Source: Ramazzottius varieornatus (Eukaryota; Animalia; Tardigrada). From it: a stretch of DNA of 64,000 nt. The notes under the pieces are model-generated. The model saw nothing but the letters and a program-made list of their open reading frames with translations. It was not told the origin of the DNA and did not search any database. The stretch's first letter is position 1; every line of letters starts with the position of its first letter. Shown here piece after piece: positions 1-13,806 of this stretch. The position numbers were made by a program, and so were the translations under genes. The stretch lies in NCBI GenBank assembly GCA_001949185.1, contig BDGG01000006.1, positions 2,400,827-2,464,826 of the forward strand. The letters are read 5' to 3'.

Positions 1-129
1 GAATTACCTTCGGCAAAGTCCCTCCTTGGATCTGCTGCTCCAAGCTGCACAGCAACTACTATTGTCTGCGACTGCCCGACGAACTTCAAGGAGCCTCAGG
101 TCTGTCCATATCTGGGAAACCTTCCGGTT

Positions 130-2700
130 CACTCGAACTCAAGTTACTTGTCAGAATTAATGAAGCTTTTCCTGGTTAGGTAATGGAGTTATCTTGTCAG
201 CACATACTGCCAGTCCAAATACATACATAAGGGTCTCTGGACCAGAAATGGAAATCGCGGTCGAGAAAACGGCCTTGGCTTAAGTTTTTTCCGTGGGGAA
301 GAAAGTCAAGCGAAGAGCTCAATGATCAACAAAGGAGCATCAAGACCTTGTAAAACAAGCACTTGTGCGCAATTACATTTCATCTTAGTTGGCTCCTGAG
401 CAATCAGCACGCTTCGCTCCAACCAGGAAGCGCGTTACAACTAGCCATCAACCGCCTGTGGCCATTTTTCCCCCTCTATTCCACGGCATCCGGAAACACC
501 GAGACGCCAAAGATTAGGTCATACTTCCTGACCTAGAAAAACGCAAGCCTCGTCAATCCGATACGCTAGCGTGAGACCAGCAGCTGTTCTAATTGATCTT
601 CGCGTAATCCAGGGGTGGCTCCAATATTGATACTGAGTTTTTCTCCCGGTCCACACATCGACGATCGCTTGCCTGAACAGTAACCATGTATTCTAAATGT
701 GTGCTGGTCCTCACATATTTTTCCGGCACCTCAAGGAACACAATAAAAACCTAATGATATATGGGTATCGGCAGCCCAGTTTTGGGCATAACTTTTTCAG
801 CTCCGAACCACCCTCTTTCGACATGAATTGTAAGCAGTATTAAAGGGCATCGAGCACTGGCTTCACTACGCTCCGCAACGGATCGACGCTTCACAAAACT
901 GTTCGCCCTTGTGCGAAGATTTCTCTGGAAATTCCAGGGGTGACTACCAGCTGCAATAACCCTCAGATGGAGGTTTTTCCCTCAAACAGATCCTGGCGCA
1001 TTTCCAGGATGTTGACATCGGTGTGACGTCAACATCTTTTCAGTAACTGTTAGAAACTCGAACCCCCCAGTCCTTCCCCGACGAAGCCATCTGACCACTG
1101 GTCAAACAGCTGGACGGGTTATAGCATCCTGCTCCTCGATGTCTGTTACACAACTAAGCCAAAAGTCGATTCCTAAACAATTTGATCAGCGATCGTTATG
1201 CCCAAAAATGGGCTGCCGATACCAATAAGTTTGTTTAGACGAGGTGTATGAGGAACAGCATCCGTGCTGCCCCAAACTACTCTGGCCCAGAGCCATAATA
1301 GTTTCTAGAGCAGACAACACAAGAGCTCTAGCAAGTACGCAGCTAAAACCAACACCGAAATTTAAAATATTTAACCCAATGGTTTTTCTGCCTGTTTTAG
1401 CTTAACGAAAGATCGGTGCTCGACTATTGAGGCTCACTGCCCTTCGGAGGGAATGATGTTAAGGTCGTGATTACGTAAGAACAGATCCACCTTGAAGGTC
1501 TCGCCCATGTAATGCCGAAGACAGATGGAAAGACAGATGTAATCTTTCTTTCCGCGATCAGAGTTTCTAAACAGTACCCATAATCAATATGGGCACCGGC
1601 TGTTATGACGGGAGTTCCCCATTGGGATCTCCATTGAAAACCAGGTATACTGTCGAGCCGAAAGGCTCACTTTTTTCATAACCGAAGTCGTCAACGATGA
1701 ATGTCAATGTCATCCAAAGATCTGATAAGAGTGTTGAACCTAGGTCTCTCAATAACAGTCATCATACCCGTTGCGCGATCTCCAAGTACCTAACCTTACT
1801 GTCGGATAGACCACGCGGAAGGCGGTGAAGATGATTGAGTCAAGTCTACAGTAATCAGCCGAAGCCGGTCGTAAGTGGTTTCGAGAAAAATAACAAGATG
1901 CTATTCATCAGTTTATTGGCTTAAAGATGCAATAAGGCGATATCACTTCCTTCTTGGGGATACCAGATTGAAAACATCGATCTTAGTGTCAGGTTCGATC
2001 TCAAGGTTGGCCTGGATGCGAGACATTTTGACTGAAGCAGCGGGGTGTTTTTCTGATGGAGATTCGGCCACTTCAGACTCCACGCTGTGTAACTTTCCTG
2101 ACATGACACGTCTAACAAAAAATCAGTTTAGAATAAGGACGAAGAAAATGGTTTCGGTTTTGTGACGAGCTTGATTGACCTGATAATATTACCAGCTATG
2201 AAAATGGCTGTTCCATGATATCACTGCCAGATCTTCATTCTCTACATGCACATTAGTTTTAGACCCCCCATGAAACACCGTGAAAATTATTCCGCAGATG
2301 ATGTTTCGCAAATCACTACCTGATGAAGCTCAACAACTTCTACACGAAGAAAATCGACCACCTTTGTTGACTGCATTTTCGAAACGTAGTATGAATATTA
2401 AGTCAAATGGAAACTTCCTACTAGTCCTCACTGTAATACAGTTACAGTTCTTACGTTCCGTAAACCAACTTATTGACGATAAAGTTTCACAATACCTGCG
2501 AGGAGGTTGGGAAGAATAAGCAGACTTACTGCGTGAGCTATCCCGTCTCTCAAAAGCCGTGTTGACATCTCGCGCCCGGAAGCTGACATTGCGACGAAGT
2601 GATCTGGCGCGTTCCATGCTGTAGTCGAGCTTAATATGCGGGATTCGATACTGATCTTCGCCGGCGATGTTTGTCCTAACGACCTTTGGTGTCCATAGTG
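130..2700 (-). mobile_element. Heavily degenerate Penelope-like (RT) retroelement relic; boundaries approximate
   Basis: Minus-strand fragments occur in Penelope RT order: LKWPNLHQKNTPL (~2040-2080; cf. PKIHK..PLRPI), IIFTAFRVVYP (~1800-1840), IPMGNS (~1610-1630; cf. GxPMGS), RHYMGETFKV (~1490-1520; cf. RYxDDxF). There are many stops and frameshifts. Confidence 0.4.
764..1223. mobile_element. Fold-back/MITE-like insertion with 29-bp inverted repeats
   Basis: ggtatcggcagcccagttttgggcataac (764-792) is the reverse complement of gttatgcccaaaaatgggctgccgatacc (1195-1223), with 1 mismatch. Weaker inverted similarity extends to ~700 and ~1260. Confidence 0.65.
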
Positions 2701-4050
2701 CTTATGATCCTGGTTATCCGCTGAAGTAACTGCAATTAACCAACAAGCATAACATAAACGATAACGACAGCCACTTACAGCACAAACGTGAAATCTCATC
2801 GCAACTGTCGCGTGCCAGTGCGTCGTGTTCCAAACTCACCTTGGGAGAGACATACAAGGACGTAATCAACTGTCAGGATACACAACACGGAAGAGCTAAT
2901 TTATCGGCCCATCAATAGCCGCACTGACACTATACTTGTCATCGCTTATGCGGAGAAGGCGATGAAGAGTCAAGAATTTGGCGCTCTTTGACGGCCTGCA
3001 ATATTTACAACGGCTGTATAACAGGGAAGAAAATCTGGACGCTTCACACGCCAACTGTCAAGTACGTGTACATGAAGGGTAGAATGGGCCTTGATGAGTG
3101 TCGTCCCAACTCGATACGCAGACACGAGGTTGTACCAGTGGGTGGTAACACTATTATTTCCAGCTCACCAGTGTTTTTCTGTGCCTGTTGGAAAAGCGCC
3201 TCCACATATAGATAAAAACCTCTACAAAAACGGCACGCATGCAGGGTTACGGGTGGGATCACATTGTGTACTGGTACACGATATGTGGGCTTGGGGATGT
3301 GCTGTATCGATCAATTCGAGTGAGGTCTTCACTTTTAAGTATTTATTCGATTGGAGCTGTACCAAACGAGGCTCTTTAGTGAGCACTAAGGAATAGTCAA
3401 ACAGCTTCCTCGGAAACACATAAAGACATTGCGTCCCTGCTCTAAGTGCGCCCACTTCGCTCCTCGGTTGAAGAAAAATATCATCCGCGCACGCGTGCCT
3501 GTAGTTTGCATATTTATTACGTGAACAATACGACGTTGACAGTACGAAAACGTCTAGCGCTATATGCGATATTTGCGAGCCGAAAAAGACGCGTTTATGA
3601 TCAAGTTAGTTAGTAGTACCGACCAAAATTGAGATACGCGCGGTCAAAGGTTGAACATTACAGATAGACGATCAGAGCTTCGGCTAATAGGACACATATT
3701 GGCTCAGCTAATCTCGCTGTTTACATCGACGATGGAAACTCGTGATGCATGGCATCAAAGTCCCTCAGGGACATAACCTAAAAGGTTTTCAGGCTCGAAC
3801 GGTTACGGTAGACCAACGTTTGTAGGGATTTTCCGTGTCTGAATATTGGAACAATGTCGATAGTCGTCTTTCCTTACACGAGACTCAGTTAGCTCATGCG
3901 TAATCATTTATCAAGCGTTTTAACTATTCACATTGTTCCTCCAGATACTGGCCCAATCTGTGCAGCAGACTGTTGTCGCTGCATAATCCTTTCCATTGAA
4001 CTCCCGAAGGAAACTTCACAAGATATTTTTCAAGTGTACTACGGTGGAGA

Positions 4051-5975
4051 ATGAGTTCCTTTCACTGTTGGTTGCTCCTCCTGGGAATCGGTCTGCATCA
4101 CCTGCTGTTTACCAGCGCCGTTATCGTGAACAATCATAAGGTCGGATGGAGTCGGCCCGGGGACAACTACAATGAAGCCATTCAACCCGAGCAGGTGCAT
4201 CTCTCCTGGGACGGTAGGCTGGTATTGAGCTAAGTCTGTTACTTTTCAAAGGTATCGTGCTGTTGAAATTTCGGCCGGAAATGGATGACGACCAGTTCGA
4301 TGTTTTTGCTACAGGTGATGCGTCCCATATGACTGTCACGTGGAACACGCCAGATAGGTGCGACAGTGTGGTGCAGTACGGTCTGCAGCCCGATAATTTC
4401 ACCGAAAAGCAACAAGGCGGTGTGTCGAAATTTATGGACACCGGTGATGGACATCGCACACAATACGTTCACCGGGCAGTGATGCTGAACCTTCAACAAC
4501 GAACTGCCTACTGTACGCACGAAACCAGCGCTTTCCATTAAAATATTTTTTGAGTGCGCACAATCTGGTTTCGGTAGATTATAGGGTGGGGAATGGAGAA
4601 GTCTGGAGCAAGGTTTTCAACTTCACTTCACTGAAAGATGGATCAGACTGGAGCCCAAAGCTCGCCATTTTCGGCGATATGGGCCTAGTAAACGCCAGAT
4701 CAATGAAACGTCTGACTAAAGATGTTCGATTAGGCCGACTCGATATGATTATTCATGTTGGCGATTTTGCCTACGACATGAATGAAGACGAAGGTACACT
4801 CTGTTCAACAATCAAAAATAACTTTCGGACTTTGACCTGTAACGAAGTGAGGCATGTCTCTTAGGCAGAGTGGGCGATGCTTTCATGAGAATGATTGAAC
4901 CGCTTGCCGCCCACGTTCCGTACCAAACGGCAGTCGGGAACCATGAGTACTGGGCCAATTTCACTCAGTACAAAAACCGTTTCTCGATGCCGGGAAGTGA
5001 GAACGGACTCATGTATCGCTTTGCCGTTGGTCCTGCCAACTTCGTGGTCTTCTCTACCGAGTTTTACTTTTGGCTTCAATTTGGCTTCCTGCAGATTCGA
5101 CGCCAATATTCCTGGTAAAAGCATGAGTTTTCCCACGAAATAAAAACGTAAGATAAAGGTAAGTACTATATCGTTTTCAGGCTGAGAAAGGAACTCGCAA
5201 GTCTGAATGAGTTACAAACTCGAGAAAAAGCCCCCTGGATCATCACGCTCGGCCATCGACCAATGTACTGTAGGTAATTTTTCCCGATTCGTAAACAGAA
5301 GCCTCTACGCTGTTATATCAATAGTTCATGGAGAATCTTCAGCGTTTCTCTACGCAATTTTTGTTGCAGCAACAACGACCGCGATGACTGCACAAAGCAT
5401 GAAAGTATCATTCGGACCGGTCTTCCCGTCGTACACTCGTATCCTCTGGAGAAGCTGTTTTATGGCGCAGGCGTGGATATGTGCATATGGGCCCACGAGC
5501 ACAGTTACGAACGGCTATGGCCAGTTTACGACCGGCAAGTCTTCAACGGCTCGAACTTGGCCAACCCCTACGAGAACCCTAATGCGCCTGTGCACATAAT
5601 CACTGGCTCAGCGGTTAGTATCCGTCTCATTCCATAGAATAACCAGGAATAACAATAACAATGTGCCTCATTGACAAGAAATCACTCTCAGGGTTGTCGG
5701 GAGAAAACAGACACATTTCTCAATCCAGCTCCCTGGAGTGCATTTCGCAACGCCGACTATGGCTACACGAAGATGCATATCTTAAACTTGACGCATATCC
5801 AAGTGAAGCAAGTCTCGGATGAGAAGGTACAGGGTACAAGTGATCTTCGCACCATTGCTGTGGCCCGTGGTAAAAAAAATTCATTTAATGTTCCTCTTAG
5901 GGCGGAAATATTATCGATGAAATGACGCTCGTTAAGGACAGAAAGAGAAGAGGATACCGATACAAAAAATTCTGA
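4051..5975 (+). CDS. ACP7: Purple acid phosphatase, acid phosphatase type 7-like; 8 exons (4051-4213, 4315-4512, 4578-4793, 4865-5114, 5181-5273, 5370-5613, 5692-5826, 5901-5975)
   Basis: Signal peptide and PEQVHLS N-domain. Metal-ligand motifs GDMG, GDFAY, GNHE, GHRPMYCS, AHEHSYER, plus HIITGSAGC. GT-AG introns join in frame; stop TGA at 5973-5975. Confidence 0.92.
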
Positions 5976-6949
5976 TTCTCGGGAACTGAAGTTCGAGCGC
6001 CACCAAGATCTTTCCGATCGGGTTTCTCGGTTTCAGTGTAAACTAAGTATTTTTTTCTGCGGCGGATGTACGTACAAGTGAACACTGTAGAACAGTTCCA
6101 ATTGTGGACGGACTATTATATGCTTTCCGGGAGGTAGAATGAAACGCGTCATCTAGTGGGGAAGTAGTTGTCCATCGATAACCAGTTAGGCCTACGTTCG
6201 GAGGGCCTCTTCGACATGCGAGCAACTGTAACAGCAACCGGCTTGTGCAAATGGGTTCGACGTGAAGGCTTTCTGGATTTCGGCCACACTCGCCATCACG
6301 TAGAACAATTGCCTGACAGCACCACCGCAGCCCGAATCGGGAACCAGATCATGCTTGTAAATTCTTGAACTCCGAGAAAAGACTGGAGGAACGCCCCAGG
6401 AAAGCCATTCGTGCGGAAGACACGAGCAGACAGCTGAGGGCCCACGAGCGATAGTATTTTGCTTAAGGTACTGACAACTTTAGTTCTTGGGTGGTTGAGG
6501 TACTAAGCTCTGTTTCACCAACGATAGACCCCACGACTTTCCGAACGGTCAGTTTCCAATTTTCCACTCTGTGGAAAACTGAATCTGTTTTTGATCGAGT
6601 CTTGACAGCGGTCAGGCTTGACTTCCTTCTGCCTAAACTAGTCACCACACAAGCTCTTTTCATCCACTCTTTTTACACCTTTATTATTTACTCGCCGAAT
6701 GTGCGGGACAATGTTGGGGTCCGGCCTTTTCACCGCAGCCAATATTTCTTCATGGTTTTTCGGCATTGTCAAACCTCACTTTTGTCCTCGTGTCTCTACG
6801 GACCTTGCGGTAGCTTCCGAAACAGGTAATCTTCGCTGCAAACTCCGACGATCAAGTGCAACCATCTTCCAAGCTCCTCAACACCATCCGGCTTGCCATC
6901 ACCACAGCTTGAGACAACCCAAAGGCCACACAAGACTACCAGGTACATT

Positions 6950-9900
6950 TTTTACCCTATGGTGCTTTGGCCAGAATCTTTATAAGCTCTGCGAATTGCT
7001 CTGCCTTCTGCGATATTCTCTTTCAGGTCTGTCGAGATGCCTGTACCACAGTTTACGGGAGAAGTAGGAAAGAAACTTGTAAACCGTTACGCGAATGTTA
7101 ATGGAATTAGAAGCAAGAGCGATGAAGTGAAGAGATGGATGGAAGATGGGAAGGCGGACGTCGTTGCGCTGGCCGAAACTATGGCAGAACCATCTACAGC
7201 TGACTGCAGTTTCTGCGACCCTGCCTTCTACAAGCTCGAGCGTCTGGATCGAGATGGCTGCCAGAAAAGTACAAGAGGTGCAGTAGCTCTTGTAATCAGG
7301 AAAGAGTTCCAAATTAGGAGGATGGTAGAGTACAAAGTGATTGGGCTAGAGGTTCTTTGGGTTAAAGTGATTGCTCTGCGCATGAACTTGCTCATTGGAG
7401 TCTCTACGCGCCAGGCTACGACAGCGAAGTCTTCAGTAAGCTTCGCACCTCGATGGAACGGATTCGTTCACATCTGAGACGGAACATCCTTATGCTGGGC
7501 GATTTCAACTGCTCCAACATCTCCTGGTCAGACAAAGCTAGTGGATCCTCGGAAAGAGAACGAGACCTGTTGTCGCTACAGAGTGAATTTCGTCTATGGC
7601 AGAAAGTTAGGCAGATTACCAGAGAACGAGGGAAAAGCTGTTCATCGCTGGAACTTGTTTTCGTTTCGCAGCTCGGTCACATACGTAACGTGAGGACCAT
7701 CGAGCCACCGGCAGCCACTAACGATCACCATGGGCTACAGTTCTTTCTGATGTTGATGACTCCGAAATTCGTCGTGAAGAGCAGAAAGCAGTGGAAAGTG
7801 GATAACGTCTCATCTACTGAGTTCCGCAGAATGCTGGCTTCGGTTGATTGGAACGACGTGTTTGATGTTCACTGTAACGCTGACGTCGCGGTTTCTGTCT
7901 TTCAGGAGAAGTTTCTTTCAGCTACGTCAAGCTGCTTCCAGCTCAGGACGGTTGTTTCCCGACGTCTTCTTTGTCCCTTCCTTTCGGCTACGGTAGTTGA
8001 GTACCTACGAAAGTGCAGAGGCGCATATCAAAAATGGCGAAAGACAGAGGACCAAGCTGATCAGACAGCGTGGAAAGCATTGGAAGCGCGGAAGAAGGGG
8101 TTGAAGACAAGCATCGTCGACTCAGAAACATTGCCACATCCTCCAGAAGAAATCCAACCACAGTCTGGAAGTATGTTAAGAAGAACACCGTCTGCAGTCC
8201 GATCCCACCGATTCCTGTTCCAGGCAGCGATGATCGATATCTGGTCTATCGGCGAGATAAGGCCGAATTCATCAGCAAGACCTTCGCCAATGAGTATGTC
8301 GACTGCCACGTCCACCTGCCACCTCTGCCAAGGCTTATCTGCCACCTCTGCCTGCCTGTCTCATGGAGCCTGAAATCTTGCCCCGATGTCCAGACCTGCT
8401 GATAGCGACTACTGCCATCCTAACCATCATCACGAAGTTGGACGTCAACAAAGCAGCTGGGCCACCTCTCATCACCAACCGTCTCCTCAAAGTTACAGGT
8501 ACTGCCATCGTTTACCCCCTGTCAAGACTATTCAACCTCATCATCCAAACTGGACAGTTCCCTACGGTGTGGAAGAAGGCTGACGTCGTTCCGATACCGA
8601 AGAGAGGAGGCTCCGCCTTTCGTCCCATCTTGCTCCTTCCACCCTTGTTCAAACTTCTCGAGAAGATCTTTGCCGATCATCTGAGCAACTATCTGTACCA
8701 GAATAAGTTGTTGTCTGACTCTCGGTATGGTTTCAGGAAGCAAAGGTCGACAGAGATGCAGCTAGTCCAGATGTCGCACCACTTCTCCCAAGTCTTACTG
8801 CAAAAGAAAGAGGCTGACGTCATCCTGTTGGACTGTACGAAGGCTTTCGACCGAACTACGCATGACGTCATTGTTGACAGACTTTCCAAGCATGGAGTTA
8901 CTGGTCGGCTACTGGCCCTGTTTTCGGACTACCTTCGAGGCAGAAGCCAGCGAGTGATGGTCGACGGATACTTCTCCGATAATCAGCCTGTGAAGTCTGG
9001 AGTTCCACAGGGATCAGTCCTTTGTCCGACATTCTTTACGGTTGCAGTCAACAGTCTTTCCACCTGCGTCAAGTCGACAGTTCTCCAGTATGCCGATGAC
9101 GTCGTCCTCCATCGAACAGTAAGCAGTGAAGATGACTGTCGTACCCTACAGGAAGACCTGGACAACCTTGTGGTGTGGTGTCGAAATGCTGGGCTAGACA
9201 TTAATTCCAGAAAGTCCCAGCACCTCCGGATCTCGAACAAGAAAAGAAAATGGAGATTCCAGGTGGGTCGTACAAGTTTGCGAGTAATCCAATACCTACC
9301 GAGAATGAGGGGGAATGTCTCGGCGTGACATACTCCAGCCAACTTGACTGGACCGCCCAGGTCGATAAGGTGACAGCAAAATGCAGGAAGAGGTTGAATG
9401 CTATCAACGCATACTTCACTCGGTGCTTCGGCTCGGTCAAGCAACTCCTGTTCAAGAGTATCGTGCGGTCAGTCATGGATTATGCCTCGTCGGCATGGTC
9501 TGTTTCGGCGAAAGGTCTCCAACGGCAGCTGGAAAATATTCAGGAGAAGTTTCTCCGCTGCATCAGACTCAGCAAGATGGAAACAACAGACAGTCAAGAC
9601 CGACTTTGTCTAGTATCGGCAGCATCTTTCGGAAGTTCAGTGGCTTCCTCTCTGGCAAAGACGACTCGAAGGCATATTAATTAATGCTTATAAAATCAGA
9701 GCAGGTGTCTTTGCAGGGGGAAGCCACATCATGAAGAAGAAGCTGCCAAGGAGATCAAGAACGCAGTCTAAGGAGTTTGTCCTCGCGCCAGACAGCATGG
9801 AATCAGCTTCTTGCACCCTTCTCGATACCACGCTGTCGTCCTTCGCCTACATCGCGATGAACTTGTTGAAAGACCCTTTGTTTAGTCCTTCGGCCACAGA

Positions 9901-10145
9901 TCTGCTTACTATTGGCTCATTTAAGAAATATCTAAAGTCTCTTAACTTTTCCACCTCTGAAATGGTCGAAGGACCATCTTGACCACCGCTTGTTGATTGT
10001 GTAAATTTGGACATTTTGTATTTTTTTTCTAGGTGCTTTTCGTCTATTACGATCTTTTTCTACGACGCTCTAGCCACTCTTTTTCAAACATTGTTCTTCA
10101 TTCGCTCGACTTTGTGAGCTCATTGAACAATAAAGCGGTTATTAT
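6950..10145 (+). mobile_element. Non-LTR retrotransposon (CR1/L2/Jockey-group LINE) with APE endonuclease and RT, frameshifted; 5' boundary approximate
   Basis: APE motifs YANVNGI, LAET, LGDFN, NDH. RT motifs KAAGP, WKKADVVPIPK, YGFR, LDCTKAFD, GVPQGSVL, YADD, LGV. Split over ORFs 7037-7477, 7453-8373, 8070-8402, 8363-9328 and 9250-9684. AATAAA near 10129. Confidence 0.9.
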
Positions 10146-13100
10146 CCACTTCTGAATTCGAACTCAACCTTACAATGAGGAAGAAGCTGCATAAGTTCTT
10201 CAAGAACGTTGCGCGCTCAAAAAACCTCCCTGTGTACACCTTACAGGGAGTTTTTAGTCTGTCACGAATCCAGTGGACGAGGAAAGTGAAGGAGCTTTCA
10301 GAGCTAGCCAAAACGGTAATGAAAACCGACGCGCCAGTTGGTCTGGGTGAGGGGGAATTTCTGCTTGCAATGGCTACAGTACAGTGCGCAGACAGATGGC
10401 TGGACGGTTGCAGTTCCGTTCAAAGTCATAATGAAGGGTCGACAAAGAACAAACCACGGAAACCGGCAGCTCGGCAAAGCTCTGGTCGCTCGAGACAAAT
10501 GTTGACCAGACGGGTCCTCTGCCCAGCAAAACCTTTGGTACAGAACTATCTAGTGGCTCCGACCAGAGGAAAGGCCGAGCAGAGATGGAAAGCCTTCACG
10601 GAGCCCCATTTTTACTACGTCGCGTTCTCTCATGCGAATAGCAACTGTCTCTTGCATCAAGGAAGAATTCGCAAGTTTGGCAAGGCGCTCAAAATCTAAG
10701 TACTGCAGCAACACTGAATCTGGCGGGGATCTGGGTCGTGGGAGTGGCGGGTGCCACTGTGGATGAGTAGCACGGCTCGTGGTGTTTGCCTGGGTGCGGC
10801 TGCCTGAACCAAGTATAGTGGTTCTGGACTGGGGTAGTGGGCTGTAGCTGATAGTCACAAAACTCTATCGTAACTGAGTACTGCCAAAATGGATATATGT
10901 GGTTCGGGTTGCAGCTAACTTAATGAAACTGTTATCGTGTGGCGGGAGACTGCGACAGTTCGGCGAGTCCGCCCGTCCTGGCTCCCGTGCCGAGTGGAGT
11001 AGGGTTGGCGAGTAAACAATTTTCGTCGCCCAGATCCAGTGGCAGATACTTTTTTCAGTACAGAGTTTGAGATACTCGAAAGCTCGAACAATCTGATCGT
11101 CCATTGAAATCTCCGACTTATAAGGGCCTCGAAACGCTGCACGTCTCCGTTTGGATTCCGTAAGTAACTCAACGGTACTGCACAACTTCCACTCAATGCC
11201 GCCGATTATATTCTGTAGCTTGTTTTCCCGCTCGGGTTGGATCCGGACTCATATTCAGAAAGCAATACAGCCAAGCTCAACACTGCCCAGGCCTGTCATG
11301 CACAGCAACAGGAAGTTACACGAAGATTCTGGGTATAAATAGGCCGAGTTTTGCCAGAGTATAATGACAGTAAAATTTCATCCGGTGCTAACTGACGCCG
11401 TGCAAGTGAGAAACGTCAGTTTGGACGGTCTGCGGATCCTAATCATCTCCGACTATTTCATCCTCTAGACCTAGATGAAAGTCTACCGGTTTCGCGGTTA
11501 TAATTTCCTCGAAACGAACGTTCTTGTTCTGGTCGTCTCGGGTTCGCAACGTAAGCAGTTCATTAAGCTTACGCAATACTTCCTCATCGGTCAAATTACG
11601 ATCGGGGAAAAGATGTAAGAATAAAGTTTCGCGGATCGATGGACTGCTCTCTAGCAAGACTTGTCTCGATTCCGGGATACCTCCAAGCAGCCCCCTAGAG
11701 TATAGACGGATTGTACCCTTGAATCATCCAGAAACTGCAGTACAAACCTCAGAGCAAGCGTTTTTTTGCCATACACGCACCGACAGTACGTGGTTCGCCC
11801 AAGCATCTAGATTACAGCATTCGGTGGCAGTCTAGTCATCAAAGAAACGATAACCTTGCGCTTCATCCAATTACACACTGTCCCTCGACTTCGCGAGCTA
11901 CCGAGCGTCTGTCAGCTAATTGTCAGCTTCAGGACCAAATATTTCTCACCAGGCGCTGCTGTTTTGAAAACAACCTGGAACTTCCCTGGCTGCTCTACGT
12001 TATACGCTGCTTTCCTACCTGGAAAGCTCCCTTAGCACAGCAAGGATTTGATGGTAGTCGTCGCCTCTGTGCAGCAGAACGTGCCAACAATGGCATGGAT
12101 GGCTCCCCGTAGTGCCAAGCTTACTTACGCGTTAGTGCGGATGGCTGGGTATCAGACGCACAGAGAGGATCTCGCTCCCAGTCGCTTAGGCCTTAGTCCA
12201 CTTTGTTTCATACGCTGGTGCTCTCCATCTGCTCAGAAAGCGACATGGAAGGCGACGTCAACAGCGGAATAAACCACTGCTGACTTCCGTAAGTTTGCGA
12301 GTTCCCGCACTTCCCCTAAGACAGCGTTCCGCGAACCTTCCTGTGGGAACAGAGGACTTCGAAAAGCTATTGAACTGGAGCGATATGACGAACAAGCCGG
12401 TGCGCGCCTGCGGCTCCATCACCTTGTTTATTATTATCTATGTTTTATAGTCTATTAGGAATTGTTTTCCGGAAGTTATCTCTATATCACATCACGTATG
12501 TGCTAAAAGGACCTATTTAGAAACCTTTTGGCAGGTTCATATCAATTTCTTTGTAAAAAACCTGCTCGAGCTCACCTTGTGAAGGAGGATTCGGTGTTGC
12601 ACCGCTGAAAGGCTTTTCCGAGATCGCAAAGCGATCTTACGCAACGTAAAAAACATCCGATAATTTTACTGAAACTGCTCACTAAAAACTAACACCTACA
12701 GAAATCCATTCTGACATTGTACTTCGGCAAATGAAATCCATGCACTGCGTGGTCGTCCAGACATGAGCTACCATGATCGAACATTTGGCAAGAGAAAACG
12801 GGCGCAGTGTTCGAAAAGCAAACAGCGGTTTCAGAACCTAAGACTGAAATTCAAAATGTAGTTTCGAATTTTGACTGTGTCGTTTGTACGTCGTCCCCAG
12901 ATGGGGTGTCTGCAGCAATCGTGAACCAGCTAAGTTAAGTTGACTGGTCAATATACTAAACAGCGTTGAAGACGGACTGTCTAAAGTGTGCCTTTAAGTA
13001 CAGGTTGATGCAGATAAAGACGGATTTCGAGGTGCTGCAAAAAAGTCTGCGCTCCTTTGTCTATTGTTAAAATTTGTCTCCGGTTAGTTCAAGCTCTTGA

Positions 13101-13369
13101 AATCTTGTTTGAAAATCTGGGGCATATCGGTTGATTGGGAGAAAAGCAAGTTCGGAAAATGCGCAGGCACCCGGAAATCGAGGGTCGGTTTGAAACTGGA
13201 ATTTGGCTCAGGCAAATCTTCTTTGCCACTATATCAGGCTTCTAGAAAAAATTCCGCTGATGCGATCTCCCTGAAACCATATCGTGGCATAGAAAGAAAA
13301 GAACATCGCTCAAGGTTTCTCTCTGGTGAAAGTTGTGGTGGTTAAACGATTTGGCGTTGATAATGGAAA

Positions 13370-13705
13370 TTTTTATTTAATCTATTTTATCTACTTCTTT
13401 GACATTAAATCAAGAAGACAATAATCTCTACTCAAAAAAATGAGGAAGCAGCGATACAAAATAACAAACAAGCGTTACATGGACCTACTTTTCTTAACCT
13501 CTAAGACATAAAACACTTCGTCCAGACCTTTCATGTCGTTGACAGTACTGAGAACGGATAACAATTGCCACAAAGAATATCTATTGACACTCGCTGCTTA
13601 AAAAACTGAAAAGATCTAGGCTCACCAGTTACTTCTGCCATCTTTCTTCCAACCGCCTCAAACAACTCTGTTGCACAAGGTCCCCATGGACCAAAAGTCG
13701 GCATA
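13370..13705 (-). mobile_element. 3' tip of a CRE-clade (restriction-like endonuclease) non-LTR retrotransposon
   Basis: TFGPWGPCATELFEAVGRKMAEVTGEPRSFQFFKQRVSIDILCGN resembles the CRE C-terminal signature (ExxGxWG...GxPR..FL.QR.SIAIQRGN). An AT-rich 3' tail follows. Confidence 0.65.
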
Positions 13706-13806
13706 CTCGATACCTCTCCAACAAAGTAACAGCGTAATACTGTTTCGGGACTACAGACGAGGATGTGTCGCAGCTCGGTTTTTTCTTGTGGAGACATTCA
13801 TGATGT

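Noticed and set aside
10175-11835. ORFs 10175-10699 (+), 10865-11185 (-) and 11439-11657 (-)
   Set aside because: No recognisable motif or consistent splice model. They may be decayed TE sequence but cannot be supported.
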